Shown: positions 36,801-48,967 of the stretch, one piece after another
Position numbering within the stretch: position 1 is the stretch's first letter
Layout of the letters: each line of letters begins with the position of its first letter
NCBI GenBank assembly: GCA_973851085.1
Contig: OZ316775.1
Coordinates: 13,888,001-13,952,000, forward strand
Direction of reading: 5' to 3'
From: Ptychomitrium polyphyllum
Taxonomy: Eukaryota
DNA: 64,000 bases
Translations under genes and position numbers: made by a program
Notes under the pieces: generated by a model
Told to the model about the DNA's origin: nothing
Seen by the model: only the letters and a program-made list of their open reading frames with translations
Database searches by the model: none

Positions 36801-38532
36801 TTTAAGCTGTTGTAAAACTTCAACTGGCATACCTTTATTACAAATTGATTCACGTCAAGATCCTAGATCTACAATGGATTTGACTGCCTTGAGGATTTGA
36901 GCTGCTATCTCCGCGATACAAATCAAATACCTCAAGATCGGAGAAGTCCCCAACCGCAACAACTGCCATGCTTTCTGGTCGATACCAAGTATGGTAGAAA
37001 TCTCGCACACGTTGCCCAGACACGCTTTTGATAACTTCCTCTTCTCCAATTGGTAGACGATCGGCATACTGCAAGCATGAAGTGGTTTAGCAACGTCTAC
37101 TTAAGTTCTTGCTCAAAGGAGTTACCATTTGTTAGCACACAAAATCGAAGAGAGACTCTAAATTTGTATTAATTCTTGGAGAGCACATGATATTGTTCAG
37201 CTTCAGACAGGTAAAGTAAACGATTCGACCTCCCTGTTATGACCAGCAATCATAATCAATGTGATGGCCAAATGTTGTCACTGCAACAAGTAGGCATATA
37301 TGTTCTAGACTACACCACAATAATATCTTTATGAAGATATGTTACCTTAGAGCCTCCCATCAAGACTTTCCAATAGGCATTGTTTTGTCGTCCACTGAAA
37401 TTCTTTCCCTGCCTCCATTCCTCCAGCACAGCACCTCTCTCTTTCTCCAAATCCTCATCGGATGCTCGAATCTGATAAAAAATTAGATTATATGAGCTTG
37501 ACAAGAATTCTTCGAAGGTGTTCCAGGTAGCTACTGCTTCTTTTGGAATGAACAAAGGTCCTTAAGAAAAACCTCAGATAACCGCAACCAAATATGATGG
37601 ACTCCCAGAAAGGGAACAGGAGAGACTATTATTTGAGCCCGAGCAATTTTCTCGTAAGATACACCGTACCTCTGTGCTGAATTCAGCCAATACGTGAAGA
37701 GATTTGGACAAAATTTCGGGCTTATCGACAGGAACCAGTATCTCATAGACGGTTTCGTCCTCAGATGTATATGCGTTGTTACAAGGTCCAAACTCTGAGC
37801 CTATACTTTCCAAGAAATGAATCAAATCATGGTTTGAATAATCCTTGGTGGCACTAAAAGCCAAGTGCTCCACAATGTGTGCCACACCTTGCTCACCGTC
37901 CTCCTCTACAACAGACCTGCAACGCAGCATTGTATTCTCAAATCTCAGAGCTTGATCCATATCCTAAGGTAATATCTACACCAATTCCTGTAATTTCAAT
38001 GCACTGGAGAAGAGTTTTAATTCCGGTATTCAGAAGATGTTAAGCTGTTTAAACAGAAACCGTCTAATGCAAGCCGTCTGCCGACTTTCATCGAGCTACA
38101 ATTCCGTCTCCTCGTAGGTTTGCTACTTATTGATAACTTGAGCAAAAGAAAGATAGGATAACATACTTACCCTACCGACACCACCAGAGCCAGAGCTGCT
38201 CGATCCCGCGGCTTCGCGTTCTTGCGGATATAGTATCGGATCCCATTCTCCAACACGCCGTGCAGAACTCCAGCCGGACCTGCGGGAAGCCGATCCTCCG
38301 CCTTCACGTCCAGACGGGGCAGCGCCTCGAAACCTAGCACGAGAGGTTCCTCCACGGGCGCTGGAGGCTCGATGGATACTTCTTCCGATTTCAAGATCGA
38401 GCTCGACCGCGAGTACGTCTTTCCAGACTCGAGAATCGACTTCGATCTCTCAAATTGCCGTGAAGACGGCTGCCGCGACACGCTCCTGCTCGGCACCTTC
38501 TTCATCTCGCCTCCTTCCGCCACGGTCTCCAT
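30884..38532 (-). CDS. PQQL: Zinc protease PqqL-like (peptidase M16/insulinase family), about 20 coding exons
   Basis: LENGIRYYIRKNAKPRDRAALAL, inverted zinc motif HIVEH, NAYTSEDETVY, EKERGAVLEE, RLPIG, FYHTWYRPESMAVVAVGD, RLHGFSEREI, second-half TLSNGMRVCYK and VYSANVS...FTCDP. The last exon AQDELRE...VVVLLPNDS ends with TGA at 30886-30884. The traced exons join in frame via GT-AG. Confidence 0.93.
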
Positions 38533-39389
38533 AGTTCCCCGAGCTCACACAGACACACTCCTCCACACTCCACAATTTCACCAAACTTCAACACAAACAG
38601 CACACTCCTCTAGAAAACGAACTTACTCACCACAACCACAACTGCTTCTTCTCCACAGTGCTCTTTCTCTCTCGACTCGCTCCACATCCTCCACATCGCC
38701 TTCTCACTCCAAGCAGGCGACCTCCTCTCCTGTTCCTACACTGAGAGTCTCCTCAGTGCCGAGCTAACCGACTTCCACTGACGGTCAATCGGGCTTGAGC
38801 AGATGTTCAACGCAAGCGCAATTAGCACGCGCTTCCAATTCATCATCATAATCGGTACCGCTTCGAGAAAAGTAAGCGAGCAAAATGCCTCGAACCTGCT
38901 GACGCTCTGAGTTACCGACAACTCCCGCATCGCACAAGAAACCGCTCTCACCACAGCGAATGCCTTTGCGGAAGACCTTTCTTCTGGAGAATTCGTGGCA
39001 GAGTTGAATCGCACTTCCGCAGGTTTAAACTTGCTACAATCGGTAAAAGCACAAATCGCAATGATCGTACGGTAGAAACTTGAAAGCCAGAGCATCTTCG
39101 ACCAAAACTAAGATGCCTAAGTTGTAAATTTGGAGCTTTGACTCTGTCTCGCAAACGATAGACCGTCCACTCTTACTGTGCAAGGAACAATCCGGAGTGA
39201 AAGACTTGGAGTGAGAGACAGGGGTGAAACTGGAGCGCATTTAGCGCAGCGCTGTGGGCAGAGTCGCATGAGATATCGTGGGAATATGGTGCTACACGCG
39301 ATGAAAATATCTGTGACAAGATGGATTCACACACTGTGTAGTGACGCCCAGTATGTTTCAACTTCGGAATATGCAAGTCTGGCTTTAGC

Positions 39390-39655
39390 GGGAAGGAATG
39401 AAAGGGATGGACGTGGAGGAAAAGAAATGACGGATGGGAAGGAAATGGAGGGCGAACGAAAAGAAAGGGAAGACGGAAGGTAAAGAAAGTATGAACAGGA
39501 AGGGAGGACTTAAAGGAAAGGAAGGGAGGACTTAGAGGAAAGGGAAGAAGGACTAAGAAGGAAGGAAGGAAGGACTAAGAAGGAAGGAAGGGAAAGGATG
39601 AACGGAAGGAAAGAACGGGAGGACAGGGAGGAAAGGGAGGAAGAAAGAAGCGAAT
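39390..39655. repeat. Purine-rich (GGAA/GAAG) low-complexity tract with internal direct repeats
   Basis: About 260 bp almost entirely G/A on the + strand. GGAAGGGAGGACTTA and GAAGGACTAAGAAGGAAGGAAGG each occur twice, followed by a (TTATT)-rich run. Confidence 0.85.
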
Positions 39656-40166
39656 TATTTTATTTTTATTTCTTTAACAGGTTAAAAATAATTTGAAGAG
39701 AAGATCCGTTTCAGGATTCATCTTTTACGTTATTCCAGTCTCATGCATAAATTTTTGATTTCAGTGTAAAAGAGATTCTTTCAACTTCTTTGAAAATTGT
39801 GTTTTCAGTGAAAATGAAGCTTCTTTCAGAAGCTTTTACTTCAGTTGAGCTTCTACAATGCAAAAGACACTTACTTTCCATGGTACTTGTTAGTATGATT
39901 ACTTGCTGAACACGCGGCCAAGTGACTTATTCACTTCAGTATCCATTGCAGCGTTCATTCTTCCAAATTCATAAGCAGCATGTTCTATTCCGTCGCAAGT
40001 TGGGCTCCAGTCGTTAAACTTGGGTCGCAGTTGAGGGTAAATAGGAAGTTTGAGATTGCACAGAATTAAATTGCACTAGAAAATCAACTCTTCAACAAGG
40101 CACTCAGATTAAAAAAGGAGCATACATAGTTCAGTTTTTCATCAAGAAGTTGAGTTAAAGCCAAGC

Positions 40167-41210
40167 ATGGAGAGATACCATTTGATATCACACTTGGGCT
40201 CTGGGGCGTATGGAAGCGTCAACAAAGCAATAAACAGAACTAACAACGAAGTTGTTGCAATCAAAAGGCTGACCCAGAAGTATGACTCAGAGGACGAGTC
40301 CATGAGACTGCCAGAATTACAGTCGTTGCTGGGACTAAACGACCATCCCAATGTAGTGAAGCTCAAGGAATTCATATATGAGAACAATGAATTCTTTTTT
40401 GTTTTTGAGCACATGGACTACAATCTCCACCAACTTATCATCAAGCACTTCATTGAGGACAAAGTCTTCTCTGAAATCAAAGTTCGCAAATGGATGTTTC
40501 AAGTCCTGGAAGCCCTGAAGTACATGCACAGGGTTGGGTACATTCACAGGGACTTGAAACCAGAGAATCTGTTGGTTTCTAACGATGTAATCAAAATCGC
40601 AGATTTTGGAATGGCCAGGGAGATGGCGTCCAACTTACCTTTCTCAAGTAATGTCACAACGCGATTCTATTGCGCTCCAGAAGTACTTCTGCAACCAAAT
40701 AACTATGGAGCCCCAAGTGATATGTGGGCTGTGGGAGCCATCATGGCTGAGCTCTACACTCTTAGCCGACTCTTCCGTAGTACAAGTGAATTAGGCCATC
40801 TACACCAAATTTGTACTGTACTTGGGGCTCCTACAGAGCAGACATGGCTAGATGGAGTGACGATAGCAGCCTCTTTGGGCATCCAATTTCCTGTAGTGTC
40901 ACCACCGATTCCACCATCTGAATTGATTCCAAATGCCAGTTTAGAAGCAATTGATTTAATACTAGCCATGTGTAGTTGGGACCCGAGTAGAAGGCCGACA
41001 GCATCAAATGCATTGCAGCATCCATTCTTCCAGGGCCTTCAGAAGCAGAGTGAGCCATTGGCTCTCTCCAGACAAGGTTCTCAGTTCAACTTGCAACAAT
41101 CTGAATCCGCAATGATGAAGCCTGAAATTCATTCAACTGTAGATATGGAACTTGAAAGTCTCGCAAGTATAAGAAACTTCAGTCTTCAACAACGAGCATT
41201 GCTTGTCTAA
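40167..41210 (+). CDS. MAK/MHK (RCK, CDKF-4-like) CMGC serine/threonine kinase, intronless, 347 aa
   Basis: MERYHLI start, GSGAYG, VAIK, HPNVVKLKE, FFVFEHM, HRDLKPENLL, DFG, APE, DMWAVGAIMAEL, WDPSRRPTA, LQHPFF. This pattern matches plant MAK-like kinases. Confidence 0.9.
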   Translation: MERYHLISHLGSGAYGSVNKAINRTNNEVVAIKRLTQKYDSEDESMRLPELQSLLGLNDHPNVVKLKEFIYENNEFFFVFEHMDYNLHQLIIKHFIEDKVFSEIKVRKWMFQVLEALKYMHRVGYIHRDLKPENLLVSNDVIKIADFGMAREMASNLPFSSNVTTRFYCAPEVLLQPNNYGAPSDMWAVGAIMAELYTLSRLFRSTSELGHLHQICTVLGAPTEQTWLDGVTIAASLGIQFPVVSPPIPPSELIPNASLEAIDLILAMCSWDPSRRPTASNALQHPFFQGLQKQSEPLALSRQGSQFNLQQSESAMMKPEIHSTVDMELESLASIRNFSLQQRALLV

Positions 41211-41786
41211 TCGATACAATAATATTCTAAATCTTGTAAATGGTAGAGTAGTATCAATTTTTTCGTATATCGTTTATTCTGTGACTTAGGTAATAACATA
41301 TACATGTACACCGTATTGACAAGGCAAAACCGATTGGAATTATTCAATTAAACTTTAAGATCTAATTATAAGATCTTCTTGCGACCATTCCATTCTCTGT
41401 TCTCTACTTGTACAGTAACCATTCAATCTAAGTTACAGTAATAACTTCATCTCCTCATAAGACCTTAAGAGAAATGCAACACAAGAACAACATGAGAGCA
41501 CAGAACTTAACAAATGAAACATCTTGTGAATTTTCAAAACCAGGTTCACGTCCAACCACTTCAAAATTAGACATTCACAAAACTTCTGTAGTTCAGTTCC
41601 AGTCTTTTCTGCTCACTTCTAATCCACAACACCCAAGACAACTATGCACGTACTCGAACGTATTTAAGATACTCCTGATGTCACAAATTTGTAGGTTTGC
41701 AGTTCGCTACTGCATATATAGAGCAAGCCTATGGCACATTTATTCTCAAAGTCCTAAAGTTTAATCACGCAAGATGAACAGGTATT

Positions 41787-43928
41787 CTAAGGATGGGGTT
41801 GAGAGGCTGCTCCAGCGGCATCCAAGGTTGCAATAGGAGTGCTCCCACCAAGAGACACAGGCACTTCTTTGAGATCAATAGCCCAGCCTTTTCCTGTAGT
41901 CATCCAACGGTCACCAAGTGCGTTGAAGGACTGGGGGCCTTCGATACTAGACTCCCGTTTCTCAGCTCGGTTACCAGTTGAGATGTCATATTTTGCGTCC
42001 CTCTTCTTCACCATTTCGTCAGGAATGCGTCCTGGCTCCACTTGCTGGGGTGACATCATCAGTGCAGGAGGTCCAAGGGGCAGTCTATCTCCTGTTCTCA
42101 TATACAACTAGTGTTAGTGATAACAGAGGAACTCAAACATCAGTAATTAATGAACATCCTAACATTTTGTTTTCAGGTACGATGCCATAAAGTACTAGGT
42201 ACTTAATTATGCAATGATAATTCATTTCCAGAATTGGTAATTGAATTGAATGCCGCCTCAAAACGAGTATCTAGAATGTTCCTTGGAGTTTTGAAAACAT
42301 CTTCAGGCTTTTGTAATACCAAGTTTTGCAACCTAACCATATTCCAACATAGACAAACGAAGAACTCAGACAATAGTTACTGAGGATAGCATATTATGCT
42401 AAAAAGAAAGTACACCTCTGTCGAACTGCCAGGTGCACCAGAATTTTCCGTAAGTTTTGGCCAGTTTTTTCATCTCCTGCTGCTGCACAACTTCTGGCAC
42501 TCCTGGATTGACCCAGAGCCCCTCATTGATCTGCATTCGACCACCAACCATCCTTTTCTAAATTATACCCGAAAACTACAACTTCATTCTGGAAGAACCT
42601 CATGTCAGCGAGGGGCAAGATTCATCTATTTACTGTGACAGTGCGCGTGCCGATTTTTAAAACAGTGCCGGTTTCCACTTTCCAAGACGAAATGCCTGGT
42701 GTTATGCGGACCTAAGATTCAAATACATTTCAAAGAAGATACATACCTCATAAAAATGGGAATGCCATAGCTGCTTTTCTTCATCCGGTAGTGTATCAAA
42801 CAATTTCTCGGTGACGACATACTCAACCCCTGCATCCATTGTCAAAATCAGAAAAATAAGATTGATAAAAGAAGTCGAACCAATCCCAGGATAACCACGT
42901 AAAACATCCCTGTGTTAAAACTGCGCTAGATCAGGGAACCTAAACTTGCTTCTCCTGTTTAAATTCAGCTCTAGCTTGCTAAGTAATTATGATAACCGTG
43001 AGTCAGAATTTCTAAACACTTAAAAAACCACATATAATGACATCACAATTTGACTTCTTAGCATTTTACTAAAGTCCCAACTAGAACGAGAAATGCATAT
43101 CTGCACATCTGTCCACCAATAAAAGGTATATCACTCTATGCTTTGCTCTGAAGTTCCTGTTAGTGAAGGAGGCCACCAACTGCAGTAAAGAGAACATTAA
43201 GTCATAAGATGTTCACATAAACTTAAGACTACAGCATCTCAAAAATACTAAAGAAAAGCAGAGATTTACCAATCAAACGAGCATTTGATTCGTCTGAATC
43301 ATAAACGGCACACTGCAGAAAGTCTTCATTGAGACGAGCGACGTGGTGGTGTGTCTCGATTTTACGGCTCATATCGTGACTGAAGATTGCCCAGGTGCAC
43401 ACATGCTGCCCCATTTGCCACCATCATCAAACGTATCAGAACCAAAAGAAAACATCCTTTCTCCTACTGCAACGCTTTACGCACTGTCAAACCGTGAAGA
43501 CTCACATGATATCAATGCATTTGAAATATCGAGAACTATTCTTTCAGATGCCTCTTAATCTTGTCCACAAATCTTAAACTGCGAACGATGACTCAAGAAT
43601 GCTGCATTTCTTAACAAGAAAGAGTTCTGGATGGCAAAATGCATCCAATTGATGATCTACTCTACATCGTGCCGAACAACCACAACCCAATGCATCATGC
43701 TGAGCTCCAGCTAAAATCTGTAAAGAGCTTACAAAAGCAATGACTCTTAGGGTTACACATGCACGAGAACAAATGACCTACCTGCTGAAACTGCTTCACT
43801 GGAGTGAGATCCTGCACCAGGCCTGCGGCAGTACCAATAATTTTCGATGTCAGCGTCTTGGCACCGCCAGGCACATCTTCAGCCGTAGTTGGCACAACGC
43901 CTGGGTTGCTCTCACTAGTAGTCGTCAT
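41787..43928 (-). CDS. OBAP2: Oil body-associated protein 2-type (OBAP, DUF1264), 5 exons
   Basis: Exons 43928-43782, 43405-43270, 42829-42747, 42530-42416 and 42091-41787 join in frame. Motifs [65 protein letters not shown]. Confidence 0.93.
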
Positions 43929-45122
43929 CGGCGATCAACCCCAACCAACAGTCAATTCCAAATGCTCAAAGTTAACCCTTCAAGCAATTAGTACTCCCGC
44001 TGTCCGAAGCCGTCCTCAAACTCGCTCAAACCTTCACGACAACTGCAAAACCCTAGACCCACGAAAACCCCCTCAAAAACAACGATCACTAGAAAGTCCA
44101 AGCTGCATGCATTCAAGAATGAATCTTCCCACAATCTTCCATGATCTAAAGTCCACCTAAGAGATAGCTTACAAACCTATAATCATCAAAAGGACTCAAT
44201 CGCTCCCCAAGGCAAGAAGCAAGCAGAAATCCCGACGTGAGAAATGGAAATGGTACTGAATAGAGGAAGGTAACATCAGAATGCTTGGCGAGGTTGGCCA
44301 GTACCATGTTGGTGACACTTGGCCTGACTCCATGTTGGACACATTGGTTGTTTTCCCTTGCCTTTCACCGCGGAAGGGCGGCCCCATTCACCGCGGGCAA
44401 AACCTGGAAGCGTTCGGGAGTTTGTGGTTTAGGGATTGTTTATTAAACTGACAGGAGATTCATCGCTTGACTGCAGTCAAACTTCAGAACAAATTCCGAG
44501 CAACTTCTGCGTACACAGCACCTCCTGCTAGTGTTTTGTTACGTGAAGAATGCCTTCGTTGCGTGTTTGGAATAGGTTTGTGGCTTCATAGCCGAAGCAG
44601 CCATGTCTACTTCCACCATTCTCTTGCGATTTCATCATCCTTAGGTGGAGCAGCTCAGGTTTCATCGCCATTCGGGGAAGAGCTCGGTAATTCTAATCCT
44701 CTTACATATGATGAATTGGAATTGGGTTTTCAGAGGTCTTTAGAGTGGACTGTGTGACTGTGTGCGAGAAAACGGCGAAATTGTTGAGGGTGTATTGAGT
44801 ACTTTTGGATTTTGTTTGGTTTTCGGTCAGGGGCCTATGTGTTTTAGGATTCCGTTTTCCTCTTTTGAGTTGTAGTTTGTCTATCGCTCTACTTCCTCGC
44901 AGTAGAGTTGAGCCGAATTGGTTGCACGTCATTATCGTGAGTGAGCTGCTTGGTGTAACATTTTCGAAATGGGAATTTGATGCATGATTCCGCAGCTGTA
45001 TGAGTTGACACTCCATGGCCATGGCAGCGATCAATTTGAGTCTTGATGTATCAAGTAGACTACTCTACTGACAAATGTAGAGGAACGTGTTTTTTATGGG
45101 ATTCCGCAGTGAAGCAGCAATC

Positions 45123-45797
45123 ATGTGTAGCTTGGAGAGGATCGGAGATGTGTACGTCCTGCGGTTCAAAGGCGATGTGGACGAGCATCGCCTCAACCCG
45201 GCGTTCTGCGCTGAAATCATCCAGAAACTGAAGATCGTCAATGGATCTGACGCGGGGGCTCTCGTGACGACGAACGAGGGCAAGTTCTTTTCGAACGGGC
45301 TGGACCTCGCGTGGACGGACCAGGATCCCAGCACGCGTGTACAACTGCAGGGGGATGCTTTCAATAAGCTGCTGGAAGCCTTCATAAGGGTGAATGTGCC
45401 CACTATCGCCGCCATCCGTGGCCACGCTTCGGCCGGGGGATTCATCGTGGCGTTGGCTCACGACCACCGGCACATGTACCAAGAGCGGGGTTTCTTGTAC
45501 ATGAGCGAGTTGGACGTCAGGATCCTGATTCCTCCCAGACTCATGGCCCTCATTCGGTCCAAATTGAGCCCGCGCGCGTTCAAGGAGGTTGTCCTGAAAG
45601 CTTCGAAACTCACTGCTAGCGCAGCCATGGAGCTCGGGATCGTAGATGCCGCTCACCCAACTTCGGTAGCAACTCTGGAGGCGGCGTTAGCCGAAGCCAC
45701 CCAGCTCGCTAGTAGGAAATGGAACAAAGACTTGTATGTGGATACGAGACTAAGCATGTATCCGGAGGTTGTGGCCAGATGTGATGCGAAACTGTGA
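45123..45797 (+). CDS. ECI: Peroxisomal delta3,delta2-enoyl-CoA isomerase (crotonase fold, ECI/IBR10-like), 224 aa, intronless
   Basis: MCSLERIGDVYVL, EHRLNP, GKFFSNGLDL, PTIAAIRGHASAGG, RGFLYMSELD, and a C-terminal PTS1 tripeptide AKL. Confidence 0.93.
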   Translation: MCSLERIGDVYVLRFKGDVDEHRLNPAFCAEIIQKLKIVNGSDAGALVTTNEGKFFSNGLDLAWTDQDPSTRVQLQGDAFNKLLEAFIRVNVPTIAAIRGHASAGGFIVALAHDHRHMYQERGFLYMSELDVRILIPPRLMALIRSKLSPRAFKEVVLKASKLTASAAMELGIVDAAHPTSVATLEAALAEATQLASRKWNKDLYVDTRLSMYPEVVARCDAKL

Positions 45798-46869
45798 GAA
45801 TGTTATGGATGTAGCGTAGGTTATGTGCATACGAGGAGATAGGTTTCGGTGAATTGTATGCACTAGTGTTGGTTTACACATCTGCCAGGTGTGTTAGGGT
45901 TAGCAATGTCTTTGCTGAAATGTGACGACCTTCGACAAGAGAATGGATGTGGATTTCTTACATCTCGCAAGATACCCTTGTTGTTCTCCCGTTTGCTCTG
46001 GAATAAACGCGACTCATGCATTGTACTTGGCATCTGCGGAGCTGATGGTATCAATTCTTGAGGTTTTCTGTGTTTCTTCGATGACCTACTCTGTGTTGAG
46101 CATTGTTATGAGGTGACCGGTTCCGAAAACCTCGCTAGCTCTTTTATTTATTGAGATCATGTAACTACTTGCTTGATTGTATGGAGTATTAGAACGTATT
46201 AGATTGGCCGAATGGCATTGCCAATTATGGCTATTGGAGGTGGCGATCTTCTGTGGATAATGCAGGAGGACGAAACGCAACGGCGATGAAGCAGAGGTTT
46301 CAGAAAGCTAGAAATATTGGCAACAGCTGCTGGGCTCATGGAACCTTTGTGTTTGTCGTCGCGGGCGCCTTCTGCCCCTCGAACATGAGTCACCTACGGC
46401 TTGCTAGCTGTACATTTTGTCCCATCTCAGAAACTTGATATATTAGTTGAGCAGCTCGGCACTTACTGGTATTTCGATCAGTTTTGCTTCTTAACACCGT
46501 GAAAGCGATTTGGCACTTGGGATTGCTCGGAGCTTGCATGTATGGAGAGATGTCGAATGCTTGTCAAGACAACCTCAAGAATCTTTATAGATTATTGGAA
46601 TTCCTCTCCACACTACCGAATTGGCACGTTGGAACCAATATTCAGATAAGCATCAGCCTCGATAATCCTAGGCCTAACCATTGAGTTAGCTTTTATTTTT
46701 GCCCTTATTTTTTTTCTGAACAAATGAAGCACGTATTTCCACTGCAAGAGGGCAATGTTCAACCAAGTCGTGCTAGCTACACTGCTACTGTTTTAAGGAG
46801 ACTTTCATTCCATCAATCCTTAATGGGAACTTGTGTCCCACTTTGTCTTAGCGAGTGACGTACTCTTTT

Positions 46870-47132
46870 AGAGCATCTCCACAATTATGTGCTTGTACGG
46901 AAATAGGGAACGAGATGCAGGAAGCGTAGAATCTTTTGCCGGCAGCATCGAAATTTCAAGTATGCAGGCGATTCTACCGGAGCGCCTAGTGCCAACGGTA
47001 CTGAGGGAACTCAGTAGGAACTTAGAACGAAAGTGAATAGAACTCGACTGGACTGCACTTGAACAAAGTGGAGCGCAACGGGAACTTGTGGGACAGAATG
47101 TGCTTTTTTTGTATACAGTAGGGCAATATTGA
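46870..47132 (+). pseudogene. Possible LRR relic of a TORNADO1/ROCO-like gene
   Basis: The frame reads VPTVLRELSRNLERK*IELDWTALEQSGAQRELVGQN, resembling the last LRR before the Roc domain as I recall it from bryophyte ROCO proteins. It has an internal stop. Confidence 0.25.
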
Positions 47133-48967
47133 ATTGTTTCTCTGCAAAAGTGACGGCACAATGAGGTTAGCGGCTTCCCTCACTGTACTTCTTGCTTCCC
47201 TCACTCTGTGCAATATTCTCATTTTATTTTTATCTTTAATAAATGAAAACGATTTTCATTGTAGGTACTGTGGTTACCGGTACATGGGCCCGTGGTATAT
47301 GTGGGCTCCAATCTTCTCCTGATGCTGAGGAATTTTCTTACTATATTCGTTTCTCTTTCGTCTTTACATGAAATTATAGTTCACCCAAACCGGCTCACGT
47401 GAAAGGAGGCCCTTGATGTCAAAGAACTCTGGCCCTTTTGTTCGAATGATAACAACTTTAATGAAATAAAATAATGTAACCCATGTCTGCTAGTGATGCG
47501 GTGCAGAAGCTAGACTTATTACAGTACTCCGTCCTGTGCAACTCGCGTGGGCGTAGTAGGAAAATTGTGCAACTCCTGAGTCCCTAGAGCAAGGGGTAAT
47601 CACTATGAGGCATTGCAGTTTGCTTTCATTCCGACCTCGATGCTCGCTCTGGCCTGGTCCCTGACTACCTGCCTACACTTCGTCACTCCCAATATCGATG
47701 AGAACAGTCTACTAGGACGAGATCCGGGTGGATCATGAGTGACGTTTTTGGAGGATCTTGCAGGTCAAAAAGGACACCACACCCGGCCGCGCGATGCGGA
47801 ATTCGAATCAGGAAAAATTAAAGGAAATCTTGACCCACTGACTAGGAGTCAAGAGTACATAAAATAGCGCGACAGAGCTATTTATTCGTATTTCGAATCT
47901 TGGCAACTGGCTTACTCTGGATGTGCCATATGTGATGATGATGACGCTGGCTATCCCACTCGCCTTTTAAAGGACCTGAAATATCATATTCAATGTGAGG
48001 GAGAAAGGCCTGTAAAGCAGAATTGTCTGCAGTGCGTGCGGTCAATCCGGTGGAGGTTGATGTTTGTCCTAACCTAATCCCAAGGTTCGGTGAAGTAGGA
48101 AGTGGGTTGCTGTGGGTGAATAGGGGTTGCATGTTGCTGTAACGGTGCTTATGTGTGTGGTTGATGGAGGAGGCGGGGAAGGACACAAGAACGTGATGTA
48201 GGTGACGTGAGAGCAAGACGTGGTCTGACGGAGCGGATGACGTTGCTTGTGGGGTCTGTACGAGACAGGCTTTTGTCCCGTTTCCTCTGTTGTTGTACGA
48301 TTGCCAGTTTAATGCCAGTTTTCTTGACTGTCAGATTCTTACTTCTCCCTCATACGCTGCACTACATCAGCCTCGTGTCAAGTCACTTGGAGCAGAGCTA
48401 CTCAGCTTAGGTTGCTGGTTGTGAGCCAATGCTCATTTTAAATCTGATCTCAATTCCTGCGGAAGCACGGCTTCGCTCATCCGTTCCTGACGAAGGGGAT
48501 ACATACATACGCAGGGAACTCCGGGGGATTTACTCATACGAAAGTTATTGCTTTAGAATCATTACTTCAGTGCCCATAATGAGTCTTTATCATATCATTG
48601 CTTGCTATTATATTGCAGATGGGCAAGTCCCCTGGAGTTCCTTGTGAATGAAGCAGGGGCGTGAGTGATCCTTGGTTGTGTTCTTGAAATAGTGGAGACC
48701 GAAAGGAGTTGTCAACTATCACAGCTGGGTTAGTAGAAGCTGGGTGATTAAGGGGTTGTTAAGGATCACAGCTGGATTAGTAAGAGCCGAAGGATTGAAG
48801 ATGGTGGTGTAAGTTGGTTGGAGCTTTGAGAATGGTGGAGCATCGGAGCTTGTGTGGGTGGGTGTTCGGAGAACCGAGGAGAAGAGCAGTGGTGACAAGA
48901 TGATGTGTGAAGCAGTTCAGGGAAGGTGTTATGCTTTTGTTGTAGGAGATCTGGACGGTGGCCATCG

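Noticed and set aside
30884..38532. Recent bacterial horizontal transfer or contamination for the PqqL-like gene (also considered for the DnaX-like gene)
   Set aside because: Both genes have many spliceosomal introns and match established plant families.
45060..45656. 198-aa minus-strand ORF
   Set aside because: Antisense shadow of the GC-rich ECI coding sequence.
47700..47830. GAATTCGAATC B-box-like motif suggesting a tRNA or SINE
   Set aside because: I could not build a cloverleaf or find a matching A-box.
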